A stretch of DNA of 45,808 nucleotides from Candidatus Paceibacter sp. (GTDB taxonomy: Bacteria; Patescibacteriota; Patescibacteriia; SG8-24; DYFX01): positions 1-45,808 of the forward strand of contig DYFX01000002.1 in assembly GCA_020724945.1 (NCBI GenBank), given 5' to 3'. The position numbers and the translations under genes were made by a program. Below, piece by piece: positions 8,603 to 15,800 of this stretch. The number at the start of each line of letters is the position of its first letter. Within the stretch, counting starts at the first letter, position 1. The notes beneath the pieces are model-generated. The model searched no databases. It saw only the letters and a list, made by a program, of their open reading frames with translations, and had not been told where the DNA came from.

Positions 8603-9523
8603 TCAGTTGTGCGAGCCTGGCATCGCCCCGCCGGAACCGCCGACATCGTTGACGTCCACCGTGATCGGGAGCGTGCGCACCTCGCCCTTAATCTTGAACT
8701 GGGCATAGAGCGTATAGCGGCCCTTCGACGGGAACGTGGCGTCGAACTCCACGCGACCGTCCGTCGGCTTCGATTCGGTGACGGGGTGGACGTGGAAGAA
8801 GTCGTCGACGTCGTTGTGGCGAAGCAGGACGACATGCCCGAATGCGCCGAGATACGGATCGATGTCTGCGACTGGCTTGCCCTCTTCGGTCAGGGCGAAC
8901 GTCAGACGCGTCTCTTGGTTCGTGCGCAATGCGCCATCGATCGCCAAAGCGGCGCGATAGTTCCCGTTCATCGCCGAGCGGTCGGCATTCGGTTCAGGGA
9001 AAGCTTTCGATGGCGTCGGGCTGCCGATCGCCAGGGGCACCCGAAGGACGACGGGCTTCTCCTCTTCCGGCTCGATATCGACATACATCTGGTACTGACC
9101 CGCTTCGGACACCTTGGCAGAGACCGTCCATTTGCCGTCCGCGTACTCCGGATGGAGATGCTGGAAGCCGGTCATGTCGTCCCGGACGAGCAGGAAATGC
9201 ATCTTCTTCTCGTGGGTGATCTTGAGATCGTTCGGACCGAACTCGTGCCCATCGAGCCCGTATAGCTTGAAGCGCAGGGCGACGTCGCCCGGCTTCAACC
9301 CGCTTTTGTTGTCGAGCGCGATCCGTGATCCAGCCGCCACGGCCAGGTGTTCGGCGTCGGCACCGTGCCCGGCATCCGCTTCTGCGGCCCCCGCAGCCGC
9401 GTTGCCGCCCATCTGCTGCGCGACAGGCACCTTCCCAGGTACATCAGAAGTCGGGGTCGAGCCGGCGCAGCCGGCGCCGATAAGGACGAGGACTGATGCG
9501 ATTGCCACTACGCGATACTGCAT
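8603..9523 (-). CDS. Lipoprotein with two tandem beta-rich domains carrying conserved H..HP motifs (putative periplasmic metal-binding protein)
   Basis: Track ORF 8603..9571. I prefer the start at MQYRVVAIASVLVLIGAGC (ATG at 9523), which gives a lipobox. Repeated motif KKMHFLLVRDDMTGFQHLHP / FGHVVLLRHNDVDDFFHVHP. Confidence 0.7.
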   Translation of the reverse strand: MQYRVVAIASVLVLIGAGCAGSTPTSDVPGKVPVAQQMGGNAAAGAAEADAGHGADAEHLAVAAGSRIALDNKSGLKPGDVALRFKLYGLDGHEFGPNDLKITHEKKMHFLLVRDDMTGFQHLHPEYADGKWTVSAKVSEAGQYQMYVDIEPEEEKPVVLRVPLAIGSPTPSKAFPEPNADRSAMNGNYRAALAIDGALRTNQETRLTFALTEEGKPVADIDPYLGAFGHVVLLRHNDVDDFFHVHPVTESKPTDGRVEFDATFPSKGRYTLYAQFKIKGEVRTLPITVDVNDVGGSGGAMPGSHN

Positions 9524-9589
9524 ATGAGATTCTAGTGGATAATTGGATAACTCAAAAAGACGCGAGAACACGCTCGCGTCATCAACGTC

Positions 9590-9931
9590 TCAACACCTCA
9601 TCACGAGAGAGTCTTGTGCCGAAGTCGGCGGCGGTATCCGACTCGGTTTCACGAACGCCAGGGATGTGGATGCGAGATCAGGCGCCGTCAGGTTGGCGGG
9701 AAGTATCGCCAGCAGCTGATGATCCTGCAGTGCGCGGTGCGTCGATGAACCTTGGACGGCGGCCTCGATGCTGTCACCGCAATGGTCCGTATCGACGTGC
9801 TGATTGACGCCGATCCTCGCATCATGTCCGTGGGCGGCTTCGCCGAAATGCGGAATGCAAAAGGAAAAGCCGGCGACGGCGAACACCGCGATGACGAGGG
9901 GGGCGGCGTAATGGCTAAACGACTTGCTCAT
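9590..9931 (-). CDS. Small His-rich membrane-anchored protein, first gene of the efflux operon
   Basis: 113-aa ORF with an N-terminal TM (APLVIAVFAVAGFSFC) followed by HFGEAAHGHD...HVDTDHCGD. No family recognised. Confidence 0.5.
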   Translation of the reverse strand: MSKSFSHYAAPLVIAVFAVAGFSFCIPHFGEAAHGHDARIGVNQHVDTDHCGDSIEAAVQGSSTHRALQDHQLLAILPANLTAPDLASTSLAFVKPSRIPPPTSAQDSLVMRC

Positions 9932-10065
9932 TACGGGTCATCTTAGAATCAATGCGTCGGGACGACAAGCGGTCGGTCCTGACGTGTCAATAGCTGTAAC
10001 GCAGGGACTCTGTCTCTGAAACCTCACCACCGCATGTTCGTCTCAACCGCCACCACACCCCACGC

Positions 10066-10089
10066 CGCTGGGAGCCCGCTGTCCAAGAA
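10066..10089. repeat. Right copy of the 24-bp inverted repeat bracketing the efflux operon
   Basis: cgctgggagcccgctgtccaagaa is the reverse complement of 2653-2676 with one mismatch. It sits in the loop of a larger hairpin (10050-10064 / 10099-10113). Confidence 0.85.
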
Positions 10090-10202
10090 TTGTTATCTCG
10101 TGGGATGTGGTGGCCGGTCCTGTCCGAATGCGAATGGGTGATTTCTTAGCGAGAATTCGCGCTGAAATCACCCTTCCCCGCCTTACGCTTCGGGACCCTC
10201 AA

Positions 10203-11726
10203 TCAGGTTTCGATTCCCCTTGGGGCTACCAAAAGGGACTCTTCCGCAAGAAGAGTCTCTTTTAGTTGGAAGATTGGCGACAATTCCGTAGTTCCAAAAT
10301 TTTCTCCATCGAACGGTATCTTGTTCTTGAAAATCAACTGCTGGAACTGAACGCGCGCCTGGGGGTTGCTTTCAAGTTCCAGCCAGGTTTTTGTCGCCTT
10401 GCCCACAAATTCGAAGCAATACCCCAACGCCTGCTCCATATTGAATTCGTCGTTTCGATGATCCTCTATCAATACATACTGCTCATCCAATTGCCGACCG
10501 ATGACGGATTTCTGTTCCTTAAAATCCTCGTCTGAGTAAACGCCCGATCGGTGCAGTTCAAACACTCGCTGCCTATCCAGTTCTAATTTCTCAATCGCTC
10601 TCCTGACAGAGGCTCTTTGAGCGTCTAGGTGCTTGTGCCTCGTTTTCCAGATATCAATGACAACTGCCTTAAACAGCTTTTCGAACTTTGGGTTGGGCGT
10701 GATTTTTTCTAACCGCTCCAAGAACGCTCGTTCAAATTTTTCTTTCGCAATAGACCTCGATTTTGAACAACCCTTCTTTGAGTGGTGGTAATAGGGGTAT
10801 TTCTTGCCCTTGTAACCGCGCGTGGCGCTACCCGACAGGGGTGTGCCGCATTCAGAACAGACAACAAATTTTCTCAAAGGGAATGTCGGGTTCTCCGCCG
10901 TTCTCCGTTTTGACCAACTCGAGTATCCGGGCTTTACCTGACAGGCTAAGAACAGCTGGCGCGGAACTATTGGTTCAAAGCCTCCAGCCCATTCTCCTCC
11001 GAATGCCTTAATGACGCCGCAGTAGACTGGATTAATGAGCATCTTTTGGACCTCCTGGTGTTTGATGGGTTTCCCACGCCGCGTACGCAGACCCTGACGC
11101 GTCCAGAAGGCAGCCAGGGCCTTGTAGGTGCGCCCTCCCTTGGCGTACTCCTCAAAACCAGCCCTTACGAGCGGGGCCTTAACTGGATCGGGAACGATAT
11201 TGGTCTTTTTGCCCCGCATCGGTTTGTAGTAACCAAGCGGGGGCGTCCAAACCCAATACCCTTCCCGTACTCGTTGAATCATCCCGCCTCGCGTCCTTTC
11301 TGTCCGTACATTGTTGTCGAATTCAGCGAATCCGGCGATAACTGTCTCCATTAACCTTCCGGTTGCGGTTTCATTTATCGGCTCTGTAACTGAACGCAGA
11401 GCCGTACCGACCTTGTTCAAGACGGCGCGGACCGTCAAATGATCTTCTGCCTTCCGACTAAAACGATCGAGTTTGTAAACAAGGAATATGCCGATGCGCC
11501 CTTTCTTTGCGGTGCAGTAATTGATCGCCTTGGTGAACTCGGTTCTGTCGGAAGTCTTTGCTGATTCACCCAACTCCACAAACACCTCGGCCACCTCCCA
11601 GTCTTGCTTACCTGCGTATTCCCGACACAGTTTTTCTTGGGTCTCCAAGCTAGTTCCTTCAACCTGCTCTTTCGAAGAAACTCGGCAATAAATTACGCAC
11701 GTCGCCTTGGTCGGAATTTGATTCAT
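10203..11726 (-). CDS. Large serine recombinase (resolvase/invertase N-domain + recombinase domain + zinc ribbon)
   Basis: 507 aa. Catalytic segment VIYCRVSSKEQ, then LVYKLDRFSR and a Cys-rich ribbon CSECGTPLSG...YYHH. The last 9 codons run into the tRNA-derived repeat. Confidence 0.9.
   Translation of the reverse strand: MNQIPTKATCVIYCRVSSKEQVEGTSLETQEKLCREYAGKQDWEVAEVFVELGESAKTSDRTEFTKAINYCTAKKGRIGIFLVYKLDRFSRKAEDHLTVRAVLNKVGTALRSVTEPINETATGRLMETVIAGFAEFDNNVRTERTRGGMIQRVREGYWVWTPPLGYYKPMRGKKTNIVPDPVKAPLVRAGFEEYAKGGRTYKALAAFWTRQGLRTRRGKPIKHQEVQKMLINPVYCGVIKAFGGEWAGGFEPIVPRQLFLACQVKPGYSSWSKRRTAENPTFPLRKFVVCSECGTPLSGSATRGYKGKKYPYYHHSKKGCSKSRSIAKEKFERAFLERLEKITPNPKFEKLFKAVVIDIWKTRHKHLDAQRASVRRAIEKLELDRQRVFELHRSGVYSDEDFKEQKSVIGRQLDEQYVLIEDHRNDEFNMEQALGYCFEFVGKATKTWLELESNPQARVQFQQLIFKNKIPFDGENFGTTELSPIFQLKETLLAEESLLVAPRGIET
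10209..10231 (+). repeat. Direct repeat copy 2 (orphan tRNA-Glu 3' fragment; attL-like for the low-GC element)
   Basis: 23/23 identity to 2562-2584. The sequence upstream of it is not tRNA-like. Confidence 0.9.
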
Positions 11727-11742
11727 ACAGCCTTACTTTACC

Positions 11743-12024
11743 TTACTTGGTTGCCGGAAACTGAACCCCAAGGGGATTTTTGGAACTACCAGCTCTATCC
11801 ATCCCCCACGCATCAACTGCCATCCGCCCAAGATCATAGAGAGCCGCCAAAACTGGCTCCAGTTCACAATCCTTGAGATCAGAGAGGGAAGGGTCAATTT
11901 TCCTTGCCTGGTCGGGCGTGAGCATCTGAACGAAAAAATCGAGAATTCGCATTCCCAACACAATAAGGACGAACTGTGTTGGAAATTGGCGATTTCCCGA
12001 AGTTCTGGGTTCAGACAGGCTCAC
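11743..12024 (-). CDS. Small hypothetical protein upstream of the recombinase (possible accessory or directionality factor)
   Basis: 93-aa ORF with a GTG start in the track; internal ATG starts are possible. It ends 16 nt before the recombinase start. No motif recognised. Confidence 0.35.
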   Translation of the reverse strand: MSLSEPRTSGNRQFPTQFVLIVLGMRILDFFVQMLTPDQARKIDPSLSDLKDCELEPVLAALYDLGRMAVDAWGMDRAGSSKNPLGVQFPATK

Positions 12025-12110
12025 GCTATGCGCATTCGCCCATCCAAGTATTCAGTTGTGATGTCAGTATGAATGGAGGCGAGAAACCCTGCAAGTGATC
12101 GGTTTTTTCA

Positions 12111-12150
12111 CCCAAATCCATCCAAATCCAGACAATTCCAGACAATATCC
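12111..12150. repeat. Four 10-bp phased units (2 x YCCAAATCCA, 2 x GACAATWYCM)
   Basis: cccaaatcca|tccaaatcca|gacaattcca|gacaatatcc, read directly from the sequence, in the divergent intergenic region. Confidence 0.7.
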
Positions 12151-12166
12151 CCATATAACCCAATAC

Positions 12167-12227
12167 TTTTTCCCACCATTTCCCACCCACTGCCCCACTC
12201 CGCCATTCCACCTTTTTCCACCATTTC
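12167..12227. repeat. Direct repeat TTTTTCC(C)ACCATTTC x2, enclosing a C-run/G-run quadruplex-type motif
   Basis: Copies at 12167-12182 and 12213-12227. C3-N7-C3-N1-C3-N4-C4 at 12172-12196, which is a G4 motif on the minus strand. Confidence 0.6.
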
Positions 12228-12265
12228 TGTTTCCATTAGTTTCCAATACCTCGCGCCTTAAAATA

Positions 12266-12293
12266 TTGTCATTTCGGTTAATCCTGCTAAGCT
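12266..12293 (+). promoter_or_regulatory. Candidate promoter for the structured leader / cargo operon
   Basis: TTGTCA (12266-12271), 16-nt spacer, TAAGCT (12288-12293). The predicted start lies at the 5' closing helix of the structured RNA. Confidence 0.4.
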
Positions 12294-12296
12294 AGC

Positions 12297-12478
12297 AGCA
12301 CAACTGAATGCCTAACCCCTGCAATCACCGCAGGGTATGGCAATAAACCCGACCAAGGCACTAACCCCGTCGTTAGCAAGCCTTGGTCGGTCGTATCCCG
12401 AAAGGGGTACGTTGGGCGAAAGCCCACAAGCTAGCGGCGGGTTTTGTGCTAAAACGCCGCGCCTAACCGACCAAGGCT
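12297..12478 (+). ncRNA. Candidate structured cis-regulatory RNA (riboswitch-like or attenuator-like leader), family not recognised
   Basis: Five local hairpins, two of them capped by GAAA tetraloops (12393-12410, 12413-12426). Long-range pairing 12297-12303/12444-12450. The 11-nt segment gccttggtcgg (12380-12390) can pair with either of two identical ccgaccaaggc copies (12349-12359 or 12467-12477); the latter abuts the ATG at 12479. Confidence 0.5.
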
Positions 12479-12808
12479 ATGAAAATCTATTTGTGGTTCC
12501 TGAGCCATTCTAAACAAACCAGAACGCTTATAATCCTCTCCGTTGCACTCCATCTACTAAACGCCATTCTAGGGCCACTGGAAGGCCGCAGGACGCTCTC
12601 GGCACTCGTAGGGCGTATCCTGGGTGGGTTCATTGGCACGTTCACCCCCGTCTTATTGAGCTCAATGATTATCGCGTTCCTGCCCTATATGGTTTTTCGC
12701 AGCGTCGCTGAGAAATACAAGCGATATTTGGACTATCTCTCAGTTATCCTTTTCCTTGTCACAATTTTGTTGGGTTGGGCTAGGATACGCTTGGTGGCAG
12801 GGGTGTAG
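12479..12808 (+). CDS. Small three-TM membrane protein, unknown function
   Basis: 109-aa ORF with three hydrophobic helices. AT-rich codon usage matches the island. It is followed by hairpin atggcga/tcgccat (12837-12859). Confidence 0.55.
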   Translation: MKIYLWFLSHSKQTRTLIILSVALHLLNAILGPLEGRRTLSALVGRILGGFIGTFTPVLLSSMIIAFLPYMVFRSVAEKYKRYLDYLSVILFLVTILLGWARIRLVAGV

Positions 12809-12876
12809 TAAATTACATATAAGCCATACTATGTTGATGGCGATGCTCAGCGTCGCCATTTCTATATAATCAGCAA

Positions 12877-15800
12877 ATGTCGGAAAAGTACCCATACAAA
12901 AAAAGCCAGCTGAAACGGCTTGGGCAAGCCGCGAAGTTAGCTGGTCCTAGATATACGCCTGAGCTTAATGTTGGCGTAGGAATCAGTTCAATTTTCGAAG
13001 GTCTGGGCAGGACCGAGAAATTTTATACCGAACTTAAGAAATCACTGCCCGATCTTGTCAGGCACATCCAGTACGTATCAAAACCCGAGATTGATATTGT
13101 GGCACACGATGAGCTTGTGGCAACCACCACGACGGCTCAGAAAGTGGCGGATTTACTTCTGCGAGTACCCGTTAGCGGAGTTAATAAAATCGATTCAGCG
13201 ACTCTTCATAAGCTCTGCGATTCTGGGATGACCCTAGTTAGAAACCTGATCTCGGTCCTACAAAAAGACGAGAGGGTTTCAAACGAACCGGGATCGAAGG
13301 ACCCAAACGGCACTAAACAGCAAAGTGAAAAGCACAGGTCTCACATCCACGATCTTTGGAAGATTTTTGATGCCCTGCATTCAATTTCGGTTTTCGTTGA
13401 GAGCTTGGTCGTACAAGCAGCAAATTCTCCCCAAGTTTTGCTCACGGGTGCCGCTGGTTCCGGCAAAACACACTTTCTTTGTGATCTAGCTAAGAAAAGA
13501 ATTGAGGCTGGATTTCCAACATATATTTTTCTTGGTGAGGAGTTTTCAGAATCCAGAAAGCCACTTAATACAGTAAAAAAGTTACTTGGATTCAAGGGGG
13601 GTGACGGTGCGTTTCTTGAATCAATTAATCGGTATGCCGCAAGCAAGCGTGTTCGGGCCGTGATCATCATTGATGCAATCAATGAGGCGCAAATCCGTGG
13701 AATTCGTTGGGATCAGCTCTGCAAGGTCAACCAATACAATAACCTCGCGGTTATTATCAGTGTAAGAACGGGCTTCGAGCAGCAGGAAGTGCCAAAAAAA
13801 ATTCTTGATGGTTTTTTAAAAGTTACCCATCGTGGATTCGTGGGGAACGAGTGGGAAGCTTATGCAAAGTTCTTTTCTAAGTCCGGTCTTCCGCTCCCAG
13901 AAACCCCGCTTCTTACACCCGAATTCCATAACCCGCTTTTCCTTAAAATATACTGTTCCGCCGCATCTAAAGCTCCGAACCCAGTCAGGGGCAACTACGG
14001 TTTCAGGTATATATTTGAGAAGTATGTTATTGCACAAGGAGAAGGTGTTCTTAAACAACTCGGTGAACCAGGTCAAAGTAATAGGCGAGTCTGGGATGGT
14101 GTTATCAAGGAAATCGCTCTAGAAATGGGTGACAGCGGGTTAGATAGACTCCACCAAAAACGAACGACTTCTATCGTTGCGAAACAATTCCCTGGTAAGG
14201 CAAGGGATGCGATCGTGGCACTGGAAAAACAGTTTCTGCTTATTAAAGTGCCTCGTTATAGGAGATACAAAATAGTGGGGTACGACTACAGATTCCCTTA
14301 CGAAAAGTTTAGCGACCACCTGATAGTACGCGCACTAATTAATAAATACCTTGATAAGACAAACCCGAAGAAATCACTGATTCCTGGTACAAAGCTTGGA
14401 GAAATCATTCGACGAGATCGGAATTACGGCTTGATCGAAGCCCTCGCAATTCAAATTCCACAAGACCTGAAGGGTCGAGAGTTGGTATATGTCGCACCAA
14501 AAAAATTCCGCTTCCAGAGCTACGCAAGAAATTCTTTCTTGGAAAGTTTGATTTGGCGCGATTTGTCAACACGTTCAAACGGGCAACACAAGTTCATTAA
14601 AACCAAACTGGTTCTAGATTTTATTAATAAATATCTACTTCCATTTGAACGAGGAAAGGAGAGCGTTTTGGAAGTGCTTCTTACTGTTGCTGCGGTTCCA
14701 GAGCATCCTCTGAACGCGCACATTTTGCATAAGCATCTATTGCGTATGCCTATGCCGAAGCGCGATGCATACTGGCTGCCATTTATCAATGAACGCTATG
14801 CCAACGAAAGCATCTTTGATAGGTACCTGGCTTGGGCGTGGTATGGCGGCGATAAAACAAAGATATCGGAAGAATCGGTGGGTTTGGCAGCAACGGTATT
14901 ATCGTGGTGCTTAGCAAGCTCAAATCGCTTTCTGAGAGATCGTGCCACGAAGGCCTTGGTATCAATACTCTACTCAAGACCGGAGGTTTTGTTACGTCTA
15001 TTGAAACGCTTTGAGTTGGTGGATGACCCATACATACAGGAGCGTCTTTTCGCAGTAACTTATGGCTGCATTCTTCAGGTTGGTGTACCGAGAGCAGGTG
15101 TTTTGCAGCTGGCCCACTACACATATGAGCGTATTTTCAAAAAGGGTGCGCCGCCCAAACATATTCTTTGGCGCGATTATGCAAGAAATATTGTCGAAAC
15201 AGCTGCCGCTATCGATCCAGCCTTTGAAGGCAAGGTTGATTTAAGAATGGTCCGCCCACCATATCGAAGTAGATTTCCTACGAAGGTTCCATCTACTGCG
15301 GTACTTAAAAAGAAATATTACCGTGATTATCGCAAAAATAAATCAAGGAGGGGCGATTACAACCAGATATGGTTTTCTTTGATGTATAACAATGGAGGGT
15401 CTATCGCGGATTTCGGGAATTACATTGTGAACTCAACCGTCGGTAATTGGTGCAATTTGCGTCTGAAAAAGAATGGGCAGCCCCCAAAATTTCCAAAGCA
15501 AATCTCAAAGGAGTTCGAAGAAAGTCTTGATGAGTTTTCTAAAAAAATTTGGGCGAGACTTGAAGAGGCTCGTCAATCTATAGCTACGCGAAGATTGTTT
15601 GAAGACTTACCCGTAAAGCTTGGAACGCCTCCCAAGAAAACTGGGACAAGTAGCAACGATGGAATCGAGATAAAGGCCCGAGAGTTGATTCTAAATGAAC
15701 TTGAGCGCTCATTTATTAATACGCTGGACCCGCACCAGAGGAATTTGTATAGAAAGGGCATTCTGAAAACGCGTGAAGGTCGATGGAATTTAGAGATTGA

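Larger units (their letters stand above)
2585..10208. mobile_element. Candidate integrase-less genomic islet (heavy-metal efflux cassette) between tRNA-Glu and a copy of its 3' end
   Basis: Bounded by the 23-nt direct repeats 2562-2584 and 10209-10231. The cargo operon is additionally bracketed by a 24-bp inverted repeat. Composition looks host-like and no recombinase lies inside. Confidence 0.4.

Noticed and set aside
6863-9265. Very long ORFs antisense to well-supported genes. Examples: 6863..9265 (+, 800 aa), 18952..21924 (+, 990 aa), 28909..31581 (-, 890 aa), 30717..33035 (+, 772 aa), 41657..44098 (-, 813 aa) and 33728..35614 (+).
   Set aside because: Their translations are Arg/Gly/Asp/Ala/Pro-rich low-complexity strings with no motifs. 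They overlap genes that carry clear family signatures on the other strand. Stop-codon depletion in GC-rich DNA explains them.
2585-10208. Calling the efflux block a bona fide transposon or integrative island.
   Set aside because: No transposase or integrase gene lies inside it. I saw no target-site duplication next to the 24-bp IRs, and composition looks host-like. It is kept only as a low-confidence candidate.
11761-11782. Third occurrence of the palindromic att core (tccccttgggg, reverse strand) just upstream of the recombinase start, as a possible recombinase binding site.
   Set aside because: Only 11 nt match and the core is self-complementary. It lies inside the 93-aa ORF. I cannot separate it from chance without a genome-wide count.
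12026-12295. Several 60-66-aa ORFs on both strands in the divergent intergenic region.
   Set aside because: They translate the G-depleted repeat tract into low-complexity Pro/Phe/Ser or Gly/Trp strings, and they overlap one another. Regulatory DNA is the more likely explanation.
12834-12870. A full -35/-10 promoter for the NTPase gene.
   Set aside because: The TATAAT is clear. The only TTGATG hexamer is 25 nt upstream, which is the wrong spacing. I therefore report just a -10-only/leaderless possibility within the findings, not a promoter feature.
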